Part shown: one piece after another, positions 30,083 through 38,495 of the stretch
How positions within the stretch are numbered: position 1 is the first letter of the stretch
Layout: each line of letters begins with the position of its first letter
Source of the DNA: Pseudomonadota bacterium
GTDB taxonomy: Bacteria > Bdellovibrionota_B > Oligoflexia > Silvanigrellales > Silvanigrellaceae
DNA: 38,495 nt
Assembly (NCBI GenBank): GCA_039799905.1
Contig: JBDLRP010000016.1
Location: 1-38,495, forward strand
Reading direction: 5' to 3'
Made by a program: the position numbers and the translations under genes
Notes under the pieces: model-generated
What the model was told of the DNA's origin: nothing
The model's database searches: none
Seen by the model: only the letters and a program-made list of their open reading frames with translations

Positions 30083-31848
30083 GCCTTGAAATCGGGTTTG
30101 TACCCTCGCTCAGAGGTCAGTATTTCCTGCGGCCGCCCCTGCCTGACAATGCGCCCGTCCTCCATGAGGACGACCCAGTCGGCCCGACTGGCCAAATCAA
30201 TTGAGTGCGTCGTCACGATACGAGTCTTTTCGACCCACAACCCACAAATAAGGTTGGCGATAATTTGATGGGCAGTGGCGCTGTCCAGTGCCGCCAAGGG
30301 GTCATCCAGTAACAATACGTCTGCCTCGTCAAAATAGGACAGCTGAGCCAGCCCCACCCGTTGCCGCTGTCCGCCCGAGAGGGTCACCCCCCGCTCTCCG
30401 ATGGCAGTGTCCAGGCCGGAGGGCATCACCCTGAGGTCCTCGGCGAACTCGCTCTGTTCCAAGAGGCCACGCAGCGCTCCATCACTTTCGCGATCGTTTT
30501 CAAACTCGAACCTGAGAACATCACGCAGAGAGGCTGAGGGAAGCACAACATCCTGAGAGAGAAATCCAACCTTGAGTCCGCTGCGCCGAACTATGTGACC
30601 CATCGCAGGCGCAAGTTCCCCGAGCAGTGCGCGCAGAAGTGTAGATTTACCCGAGCCGACAGGGCCGAGCACCACAACCAATTGTCCACGACGAACGTCA
30701 AGGGTGACGTCCTTCAAGGCGTGCTGTCCTTGACGCGTGGGGTATCCCAAGGAAACACCCTGCAGGCCAACCTCTGCCTCGGGCATCAGGCTTTTGTCGG
30801 GAGACACAAAAACCGGAGGCTGTTCGGGTGATTGTAAAAATGCATCGAGTCGCTGCGCCGATACGGCACCCACCTGAATAAAGCTCAGATAGGTCCCGAC
30901 AAATAAAAAAGAGTCCTGCAGCAGTCCCGAATACCAATTAACTGCGAAGAGCAGGGCAACCAATTCATGGGAATCAAATGAGACACCAAACAATGCCGGC
31001 GAATAGACCACCCACAGCAAAACCGCGGCCCAGGCAAACCAACGCAGTGAGGCAAAGACAGGCACGTACCGGCAGCTGATTTGATTTGAGGTCAGCTTCA
31101 TGTCCTGTTCAAGGTGAGCGAACGTGCGGATGCGCCGCTCAAATTCTTTTTCGGCGGTCAGCGACTTGACCAACAGCACCGAGCGGACTGACTCCTGCAG
31201 AACTGACAGGCGCTGCGATGAATAAATAGCTCTCTTTTGCAGCGCCGGTGCCATCTGCTTTGCGAATTTTCGTGCAAGAAAAACAAGCATCAACAAAACA
31301 AAGAAAAAAATACTTCCCGAAATCCCAATCTTGACTGTCAGGAAAATCGAGACACCGACAGTCAGAATCAGTGTCGTCAAAAACGACAGAATCCCCTCAG
31401 CCCAGACTCCCGCCAATTGGGCGGCGTCTGAAGAATGCAACTGAGCCACTTCACCCGCCGAGACGAGCTGCAGCTCGGAATAAGTCAACTGGCTGTATTT
31501 CTGAAAAATCCGTCGTCGCACAGCATTGGACAATGTGACCGAAACTCTATTTTGCAGATATCTCTTGAACCACTGCAGGACTTCAAAAAAGAATTGCAAT
31601 GAAAAAAAGACAATAAAAATCTGCAGCAGCTGTTTCCAGCCCTGCCCCGCGTCGCGGCCCAAAAACGAAAGCATGCGCGCCTGCGCGTCGATGGCGAATA
31701 AACCGCAGACCGTGACGGCAAACAAAAGCACAGCCATGAAATAAATTTGAACGCGGACAAGACGGGTACCATAGCGAAATGTTGGCGACGCGCGCAGGAC
31801 TTTTAAAGCACCGGAAAAGTCGGGGGCCTGCTGAGCATTGGTTTTCAT
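30079..31848 (-). CDS. ABC half-transporter (TMD+NBD), resembling the ABCC/MRP first half (NBD1-type)
   Basis: Walker A GPVGSGKS, IGERGVTLSGGQRQRV, Walker B LLLDDPLAALD (Asp in place of the catalytic Glu), TRIVTTH. ATG 31848 with SD GGAGGAG and an ATGA overlap. Confidence 0.9.
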   Translation of the reverse strand: MKTNAQQAPDFSGALKVLRASPTFRYGTRLVRVQIYFMAVLLFAVTVCGLFAIDAQARMLSFLGRDAGQGWKQLLQIFIVFFSLQFFFEVLQWFKRYLQNRVSVTLSNAVRRRIFQKYSQLTYSELQLVSAGEVAQLHSSDAAQLAGVWAEGILSFLTTLILTVGVSIFLTVKIGISGSIFFFVLLMLVFLARKFAKQMAPALQKRAIYSSQRLSVLQESVRSVLLVKSLTAEKEFERRIRTFAHLEQDMKLTSNQISCRYVPVFASLRWFAWAAVLLWVVYSPALFGVSFDSHELVALLFAVNWYSGLLQDSFLFVGTYLSFIQVGAVSAQRLDAFLQSPEQPPVFVSPDKSLMPEAEVGLQGVSLGYPTRQGQHALKDVTLDVRRGQLVVVLGPVGSGKSTLLRALLGELAPAMGHIVRRSGLKVGFLSQDVVLPSASLRDVLRFEFENDRESDGALRGLLEQSEFAEDLRVMPSGLDTAIGERGVTLSGGQRQRVGLAQLSYFDEADVLLLDDPLAALDSATAHQIIANLICGLWVEKTRIVTTHSIDLASRADWVVLMEDGRIVRQGRPQEILTSERGYKPDFKA

Positions 31849-33611
31849 TCTGGCTCCTCCGATTTTGGCAGGTCGGCGGGAAGGCCGCGCCAAGCAAGCT
31901 TTCCGTCTTTCAGGAGCCACACTTCATCGCACGACTGAAGAGTCAAAGCCCGATGAGCAATCAGTAGTATGGGCAATTGCAGGCGGATTTTTTGCAATGC
32001 AGAACTGACAAGGCGTTCGGTCTCGGCATCGACGGCGCTGGTGGCTTCGTCCAAAACCAGCAACTCGGGTGATTGAGCGAGTGCCCGCGCCAGACAAACA
32101 AGTTGACGTTGCCCCTGACTGAGATTCATACCGCGCTCGAGTATCTCGGTGGCGAGACCCTGAGGAAGCCGAGCTAACCAATCGCTTAATCCGACCGTGT
32201 TCAAAACAGCGACAGCACGCGACTGATCTGAACTATTTTCAAAACTGCCATGTGGGAGAATATTGTTAAACAGCGTACCTGAGAACAAAACAGGATCCTG
32301 CGGCACAAAAGCGATCCGCGATCGGGCATAGCCGGCAGGCCTTTCGGTGAGTGTCTGCCCATTTAGCAGAATGCGACCTTCGCGAAGGGGAACAAATCGC
32401 AGCAGCGCTGAAACCAACGTACTTTTTCCGGCACCGGTGCGTCCGGCTATGCCAACCATCTGCCGCGACCTAAGTGTCGCACTGAAGCCGTCCAGCACGG
32501 GTGGCTCAGATGTCGAATACCCCACGCAAACATTTTCAAAGCACACAATTGCTTCAACCTCCGGCTGAGCCTGAGCGCTGACAGCACTTTTTTCGAGTGT
32601 GTCCTCAGCGGGCAGCTGCGCAAATTCGTTGAGCCTCTCGATGCTGACAAAGCCCAACTCAACCGTATTGATGAGCTCAATGACCAGAACGAAGTTTCGC
32701 AAAATCACCATCAAGAGCGAGATGACCGCTCCGGCCTGCCCGACGCTCAATTGTCCGCGGCTGTGCGCCCATGCCGAAGCCAGGAGCGCGAGAGCAATCA
32801 CGATGAGTGCCAAAAAAGACTGAACGAAAGTTCTGTGACTGCTCAACTGCGCCGTTGCAAGCGTCAGCGATGCAGAGTCGCCAAGAAGTTTATCCATCCG
32901 GCGCGTCATCCTGTCTTGAAGCGACAAAGCTCTTACGGCGACTCCCAGCGAACCGATCTCGTTGAGATGAGCAAGTACGGCAGCATTGGCGCGACTGGCC
33001 GCGCGCTGACGCTCGCGCGCACGCTGACCAAAAACTCGACTCGCGAAATAAATTCCGGCGACAAACGGCATCGAGATGAAAAACACGAGCGGGTGTGAAT
33101 AAAGGATCGATATGGAACTGAAGAAGATCGCGAGAACTGCGTAGATGAACGTTGCCATCGTACGGTCCAGCGACTGCGAGGCATTTTGAAAATCATTTGA
33201 AAAGCGTGATATGACACGTCCGCTCGGGGTTTGATTGAAAAATGTCAACGGCGAGGAAAGAACCGCTGCCACGGCCCGCTCGTGAAGATCGGTGAGCGCC
33301 CTGATGAGTGTTTCATTGATGTACATGCGGCCAAAACGGTTGCCGAGGTACATTATATAAAGACAGGCGATCAGAGCCGCAAAGAAAATCGCAATTCTTG
33401 TATCTGCATGTATGAGCTGCTGAGCTGCGTCAACTTCAAGTATGCGATCGGCAAGGCGGCCGCCAAGAAGAGTGACTATCGACCAACACAACGACGCAAT
33501 CGACAGAGCAAAGAGCCCCGCAACAAGCGGGGCTCTTTGGCTGAGTGCCGAATTGAAAAAAGTTCGCAGGCTGCTCCAACGGATGCGGCCGTGAACCTCT
33601 GTTTCCTGCAT
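31845..33611 (-). CDS. ABC half-transporter (TMD+NBD), resembling the ABCC/MRP second half (NBD2-type)
   Basis: FFNQTPSGRVISRFSND, GRTGAGKS, PQDPVLFSGT, NLSQGQRQLVCLARAL, VLDEATSAVD, IAHR. Confidence 0.92.
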   Translation of the reverse strand: MQETEVHGRIRWSSLRTFFNSALSQRAPLVAGLFALSIASLCWSIVTLLGGRLADRILEVDAAQQLIHADTRIAIFFAALIACLYIMYLGNRFGRMYINETLIRALTDLHERAVAAVLSSPLTFFNQTPSGRVISRFSNDFQNASQSLDRTMATFIYAVLAIFFSSISILYSHPLVFFISMPFVAGIYFASRVFGQRARERQRAASRANAAVLAHLNEIGSLGVAVRALSLQDRMTRRMDKLLGDSASLTLATAQLSSHRTFVQSFLALIVIALALLASAWAHSRGQLSVGQAGAVISLLMVILRNFVLVIELINTVELGFVSIERLNEFAQLPAEDTLEKSAVSAQAQPEVEAIVCFENVCVGYSTSEPPVLDGFSATLRSRQMVGIAGRTGAGKSTLVSALLRFVPLREGRILLNGQTLTERPAGYARSRIAFVPQDPVLFSGTLFNNILPHGSFENSSDQSRAVAVLNTVGLSDWLARLPQGLATEILERGMNLSQGQRQLVCLARALAQSPELLVLDEATSAVDAETERLVSSALQKIRLQLPILLIAHRALTLQSCDEVWLLKDGKLAWRGLPADLPKSEEPE

Positions 33612-33615
33612 AAAA

Positions 33616-35001
33616 TCAGCGAGCCTCTGGTGTCGTCTCCGCTATGACGATTGACAATGCGCGGTCGACATTCAGCCGTCCGCCGCTGGCAATCTTATCT
33701 TCGTAATCAGCCACCTTGTCCACCGACTGCAACAATATTCTTTTAATTTCGATCGGAGAAAGGTTCGGCTTGTAGGCTTTCAGAAGTGCTGCAGCACCCG
33801 CGACGTGCGGACAAGCCATCGAAGTGCCGCTGTTGACACCATATTTGCCTTCAGGAAGTGTGCTGTAAATGTAATCGCCCGGTGCGGCCAAATGAACCGA
33901 ATTGACTCCATAGTTACTGAAGTCAGCCAGCCTGTCCTCTGAGTCGGACGCGGCAACCGCAATCACGTTGGGAAGATTGTATGCCGCCGGATACATCGGA
34001 AGGGTATCGTTGTTGGTGCCATCGTTTCCAGCTGCCGCCACGAACAAAACATTGCGCGCGGCGGCCTCTGCAATGGCATCCTCAAGTGCTTTGGAATATT
34101 CGTCACCGCCCCAGCTGTTGGAGAGAATTGATGCGCCGTTGTTGACCGCATAGCGGATGGCGAGAATTGCATCTTCGGTTGTTCCGGAGCCGTCGCCGTC
34201 AAGAAATTTCAGCGCCATCAATGAAGCCCGCTTTGCAACCCCCGAAATTCCGATTCCGTTTCCACCAGTCGCCGCAATGCTTCCGGACGTGTGAGTGCCG
34301 TGTCCGTTGTCATCCCAAGGCAGGGCATCCTTGTTCGTAAAGTCCCAGCCGAAAACATCGTCGGTGTATCCGTTGCCGTCATTGTCGCGACCGTCGTCGG
34401 CAATCTCTCTGCCGTTGCGCCACATGTTGTTGATCAAATCGGGATGGTTGTAATCGATGCCGGTATCGATGTCAGCGACGATGACGTTTTCACTTCCTAC
34501 TGTCTTGGCCCATGCGGCGGGGGCCTGAACCTTCTGCACACCATAGACTTTGTTCATCAGCGGATCCGCACGATTTCTGCGTGGCAGACGCGGAGGGACG
34601 TCCGGTTTGGGATCTGCGACGGAGTTCAATGAATGCCAAAGAAGGTGACGCTCAACGTGCAGAACATTCTCACTGAGAAAGCTGCTTGAATATATGTAAG
34701 CGCGTAGCTCGTCGAAAGATGCTGACCCGCTGGTGTCGGTGACCTTATACCACTGTCCGTCGGACGTTTGTAAAATCGGCTGTGCATTGAAGCTAAGAGA
34801 GAACTCCTGACTCAGTGCGCGTATCGCCTCGGCGGAGCGGGCCTTGATCAAGAATTCATCGACAACGAATTGGCCCCGAAATTTGTGTGTACGGACTCCG
34901 GTATCGGCCGCAGCGGAGAACACACACAGAGAAACCAGCAGATGAGCTGCAATCGCAGCTCGAAGCTTTTGCCGGAGTTTGCAAAGGTGCAAAAAAAACA
35001 T
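33616..35001 (-). CDS. Secreted S8 subtilisin-like serine protease
   Basis: Signal peptide and prodomain; triad IDTG / HGTH / GTSMA; oxyanion AAGN; DNDGNGYTDD insert. Confidence 0.93.
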   Translation of the reverse strand: MFFLHLCKLRQKLRAAIAAHLLVSLCVFSAAADTGVRTHKFRGQFVVDEFLIKARSAEAIRALSQEFSLSFNAQPILQTSDGQWYKVTDTSGSASFDELRAYIYSSSFLSENVLHVERHLLWHSLNSVADPKPDVPPRLPRRNRADPLMNKVYGVQKVQAPAAWAKTVGSENVIVADIDTGIDYNHPDLINNMWRNGREIADDGRDNDGNGYTDDVFGWDFTNKDALPWDDNGHGTHTSGSIAATGGNGIGISGVAKRASLMALKFLDGDGSGTTEDAILAIRYAVNNGASILSNSWGGDEYSKALEDAIAEAAARNVLFVAAAGNDGTNNDTLPMYPAAYNLPNVIAVAASDSEDRLADFSNYGVNSVHLAAPGDYIYSTLPEGKYGVNSGTSMACPHVAGAAALLKAYKPNLSPIEIKRILLQSVDKVADYEDKIASGGRLNVDRALSIVIAETTPEAR

Positions 35002-35030
35002 CGGAGCCTCCTTTTGGGATTGCTCCGATG
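34991..35030 (-). terminator. Terminator-like hairpin overlapping the RBS and start codon of the downstream subtilase
   Basis: Minus strand CATCGGAGC-AATCCCAAAAGGAG-GCTCCGATG-TTTTTTTT: a perfect 9-bp stem followed by T8. Confidence 0.65.
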
Positions 35031-35121
35031 ATTGTATTTCGCATTACAAGCAGGCAGCGGTAAAACGCTTGCCCACAACTGTCAGCGGGCTCGATGGGAA
35101 ATGGATTCCCAAACTGGGAAA

Positions 35122-36549
35122 TCAGTTCCCAGCAACAGGCTCGCCAAATTGCGATTTAGCCACCGCAAAGGCCTTGGAAATATTCAAACGACCACCTGTC
35201 TGAACTTTGCCTTCGAGATTTGGAAGCTTCTCAACAGCCTCCATAAGAACAGCCTTCAGCTCTTTTGCCTTCATGTTCGGATAGGCAGCCTTCAGAAGGA
35301 CAGCCGCACCTGAAACGTGTGGAGTCGCCATCGATGTACCGCTCAGGCTGTTGTATTTATTGCCCGGAACCGTGCTGAGAATTTTCACACCAGGTGCAGC
35401 AATGTGAACAGTCGTCGCACCATAGCAGCTGAACGATGCAAGTTTGTCCGCGGAATCAGTTGCTGCAATCGTCAGAACGTTCGGCAATTTGTAATTCGCA
35501 GGATACTGAGCCTTCTTATCGTTGTCGCTGCCGGAGTTTCCAGCTGCAGCCACAAACAAGATGCCTTTGTCGTTGGCGCGCGAGATTGCATCAAACATCG
35601 CCTGTGAGTAGCCTCCGCCACCCCAGCTATTGGACATGATCGATGCGCCGTTGTTGGTAGCGTATTCTATCGCCTTGATTGCATCTTCAAGCGAGCCTGA
35701 TCCTTCTGAACCGCCGAGGAAACGAAGCCCCATGATGCTGGCTTGCTGTGCGACGCCAGAGATTCCAACTCCGTTTCCACCTGTCGCTGCGATGGTGCCC
35801 GCGGTATGGCTGCCGTGCGAGTTGTCATCGAAAGGACGTGCGTCTTTGTCACGGAAGTCCCAACCAACGATGTCATCGATATAGCCGTTGCCGTCATTAT
35901 CCACGCCATCTGCGGGAATTTCAGCAGGGTTGCGCCAGAGGTTATTGATTAAGTCTTCGTGGTTGTAATCGATACCTGTGTCGATGTTGGCGAGAAGGAC
36001 TTTCGTGCTTCCGCTCGTGACCTGCCAAGCCTGCTGTGCGCCGATTTTACTCAGTCCGTACATGCGCGACAGATCTGGGTCCGCAACGGGAGGATTCGGA
36101 AGCGAAGGTACTGGGCTGTAGTCGGGACCAGCTTTGCCGCGTGACGGAGGGGAAGGCATGTTCTTTTCGTTGGCGGACAGCGTGTAGTAAAGATAATTCG
36201 GTTCCGCATAGACGACGTCGGCACTTTCGCGGGCCGAGAGAATTGCCTCGCGAAGCTTGTAGTCGTCGGCAACACGGACTTTGTACCAAAGGCCAGAATC
36301 GCGTGCTTCCATCACAGGAACTTTGCGCGCAACAGCGCCAACGCTTTCATATTGTTCTTCAAGGAGGCGCTCGAGTGCTGCACCTGAGCGGACTTTAACG
36401 AGATATTCACCGCGGATGTAGGGATAGCCGTCTTCTGTGAAAGCGATTTGTTTTGATGCGCGGCTTCCCTCGGCCTGACCCAAAAGTCCAAGCGAGGAGA
36501 CTGCGATAACGCCAAGAACAGACGCTAGTGAACGTGCAGACATTCTCAT
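35122..36549 (-). CDS. Secreted S8 subtilisin-like serine protease
   Basis: Signal peptide; prodomain ending YAEPNY; triad IDTG / HGSH / GTSMA; DNDGNGYIDD insert; SD AGGGAG. Confidence 0.94.
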   Translation of the reverse strand: MRMSARSLASVLGVIAVSSLGLLGQAEGSRASKQIAFTEDGYPYIRGEYLVKVRSGAALERLLEEQYESVGAVARKVPVMEARDSGLWYKVRVADDYKLREAILSARESADVVYAEPNYLYYTLSANEKNMPSPPSRGKAGPDYSPVPSLPNPPVADPDLSRMYGLSKIGAQQAWQVTSGSTKVLLANIDTGIDYNHEDLINNLWRNPAEIPADGVDNDGNGYIDDIVGWDFRDKDARPFDDNSHGSHTAGTIAATGGNGVGISGVAQQASIMGLRFLGGSEGSGSLEDAIKAIEYATNNGASIMSNSWGGGGYSQAMFDAISRANDKGILFVAAAGNSGSDNDKKAQYPANYKLPNVLTIAATDSADKLASFSCYGATTVHIAAPGVKILSTVPGNKYNSLSGTSMATPHVSGAAVLLKAAYPNMKAKELKAVLMEAVEKLPNLEGKVQTGGRLNISKAFAVAKSQFGEPVAGN

Positions 36550-36948
36550 ACCGACTCCCTTCGGAAACCCACACGGTTCAAAAACGCGCTATCCTTGTCG
36601 CGTCTTTTGCGGGAATCCGAGCACAATCCCTGTGCAGACGACCGCAAGCAGATGCTTTTCCGTGTGAGAATGCACCGGAGTGTAGGAGTCTGTGGCCAGC
36701 TAGTCAATTGACGGTGAATCTTTTATCAGTCCTGCGCATGATCAAATTCACACAAATATTTGAGACTCCCAAAGTTTTTTTTCCAGCTTGCATTTTAACC
36801 AAACAGTCTCAAAGCAATTTCTGCTGCGCAATTTTTCTGCACTTTGAAAAGTCTGCAGCGAAAAAACGGCGTTTCGTGCTGCAAATGCGACACTCAAGTG
36901 CACAATGCACTTCGACTAGACTCCGAGAGAAGTCGCAGGAGGCCTGTC

Positions 36949-38495
36949 ATGATCAATCAATCCAGACTCACACAAGTGAACAACGTGGCGAATGCGCGCA
37001 ACGCGCAGGACGAGGGCAAAACTCGTGACCGTCTGAGCGGTCTGACTGACGGTGGCGAAGGCCTCACCGGAGCTTCAGCACTGTTCGCAGATTCGAATCC
37101 GGCAACAGTGGGCAACGCCAACATGGCTGGCACAAATTCGTTTACCCAGCTTCTCGAGATGAGCAAACTCAACAAGCCGGAGATTCAGACTCAGAAAAAA
37201 CCGGAACAGGATAACGCAAAGAAGACAGCTGAAAGCGACCGCAGCCAAGATGGAACTCAGAAAAAGACAAAGAGTGAGTCCTCCACGGGGCGAAAATCCG
37301 TCAAGGCAAAAGACAAAAAGGAAGCCCCGCAGGCGGACACTGAACAGGCACTCTCACAATTGCTGACAGCTCAAAAGACGGCGGGAACCGACCTGCTTTC
37401 CGACAAGACAACTGCTGTGCAGAACAACGCCGCTGTCGATTTCAACCGCCCCAAAATGCAGGGCGACGTCACAAACAAAGCGGATCAACTGCGAACAAAC
37501 ACCACTGCCGTCGAACAGGGACCAAAGTCACTTGCAGATGTGATGAAGAACCTCGACAGCAAAATCGAAAACCTGAGTGCGATGCAAAAGAACGGCAATC
37601 CAGACCCGGCCCAACTGGGAACAGACCGGCTGTCCGAGCTTTCGTCCAAGTTTGACGACGTCAAGGTTGAATTCAATGTTGCTGAGAATTCTGCAGGCAA
37701 CCAGGCAAAAGTCATGAGCGGAAGTGCTGCCGATGAGCTCCAGACACGCGCAATGATGAAACAGCTTGCAGAGCAGGAGTGGAGTCAGAATGATTTGGCT
37801 TTGCGTGATCTTGTCTCAAGGCAGGCTCAGCAGGAGATGGCACTCGAGAGAATCGGTTTGGATAGACTCGACCAAATGTCGCAGATGAAACTTGAGCAGT
37901 TTGACAAACTGCAGGCACAGGATTTGCAATCAGCCGCTGTGTTGAAGCAATTGCAGATGCGTGAGGCCACCGCCAACAACCAGCCTCAGTGGTTATCCTA
38001 CAAAGACCTATCCCCTGATCAAAAAGCCATGGTTGACGCTCTTTCAAGCGGACAGTCGCTGCAGAATTTTAATCAGAACAGCAATGCTCAGACGAACGGT
38101 TCATCCGCAAATTCTCCACTCTCAAACAGACTTGAGAACGCAGCCACGACAAACAATCAAACAGGCCAGTCTGCGGGTGCCGCTCCACAGGATGCAGTTG
38201 CGGGTCTTCACAGTCTATCCAAACTGACGGGCGAAAATAACAGCCAACAACAGAGCCAGAACAACAATTCGCAAAGCTCGGCACGCGGCGACAATGGCGC
38301 TGTCGGCGGAGTGACAGCGGGTTCATCGCGCAATGACGAAGTGAAGGGCCGCTTTGACGAATCTGTAGCAGAACAAAAGAACGAAGCACGTGCGCGCGAG
38401 TCCGAAAGAACACGTGAAATGGCGCGCTCAGCAGCACTTCGTGCACAAAGCATAGCATCTGAACTTGCGGTCAAGGGCGGTGGAATGGCGAAGGT
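36949..38495 (+). CDS. Long low-complexity protein, probably flagellar hook-length control protein FliK-like (3'-truncated by the window edge)
   Basis: SD AGGAGG then ATG 36949. Manual translation (MINQSRLTQVNNVANARN...) shows no stop for 515 codons. The protein is Q/N/S/K-rich and ends RAQSIASELAVKGGGMAK, which resembles the start of a FliK C-terminal domain. Confidence 0.6.
   Translation, partial: MINQSRLTQVNNVANARNAQDEGKTRDRLSGLTDGGEGLTGASALFADSNPATVGNANMAGTNSFTQLLEMSKLNKPEIQTQKKPEQDNAKKTAESDRSQDGTQKKTKSESSTGRKSVKAKDKKEAPQADTEQALSQLLTAQKTAGTDLLSDKTTAVQNNAAVDFNRPKMQGDVTNKADQLRTNTTAVEQGPKSLADVMKNLDSKIENLSAMQKNGNPDPAQLGTDRLSELSSKFDDVKVEFNVAENSAGNQAKVMSGSAADELQTRAMMKQLAEQEWSQNDLALRDLVSRQAQQEMALERIGLDRLDQMSQMKLEQFDKLQAQDLQSAAVLKQLQMREATANNQPQWLSYKDLSPDQKAMVDALSSGQSLQNFNQNSNAQTNGSSANSPLSNRLENAATTNNQTGQSAGAAPQDAVAGLHSLSKLTGENNSQQQSQNNNSQSSARGDNGAVGGVTAGSSRNDEVKGRFDESVAEQKNEARARESERTREMARSAALRAQSIASELAVKGGGMAK

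Noticed and set aside
35002..35121. Possible precursor-peptide gene between the two subtilases
   Set aside because: No small co-oriented ORF with a credible RBS or leader motif could be supported.
36866..36884. Possible sigma54 promoter upstream of the FliK-like gene
   Set aside because: The GG to GC spacing is 11 nt rather than the required 10.

Overview
Bacterial chromosomal window, mostly housekeeping genes with orphan envelope genes between them. In order: nadB (partial), groES-groEL, a repeat-containing lipoprotein, an RluB-family pseudouridine synthase with a 45-bp tandem-repeat tail, pdhABC, a guanidino-modifying hydrolase, an RlmI-like methyltransferase, two GT4 glycosyltransferases, typA, mutS, four orphan exported-protein genes, srkA, a TPR lipoprotein, fusA-rpsG-rpsL (no tuf), two ABC half-transporters, two S8 subtilases, and a truncated FliK-like gene missing from the ORF track. 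The gene content suggests a Bdellovibrionota/Oligoflexia-like organism, but this is inference only. No rRNA, tRNA, CRISPR array or mobile element was found. Four observations stand out. (1) A protease-protease-ABC-ABC cluster whose ABC pair looks like a eukaryotic ABCC/MRP transporter split in two with the halves in reversed order, with a terminator-like hairpin over the RBS and start codon of the second protease. (2) The str-locus EF-G lacks the domain IV translocation loops and is separated from rpsG by a terminator. (3) A cryptic trypsin-like lipoprotein with greatly expanded catalytic-triad spacing. (4) Two lipoproteins with unrecognised tandem Cys-containing domains. All family calls come from motif recognition by eye; no searches were run.
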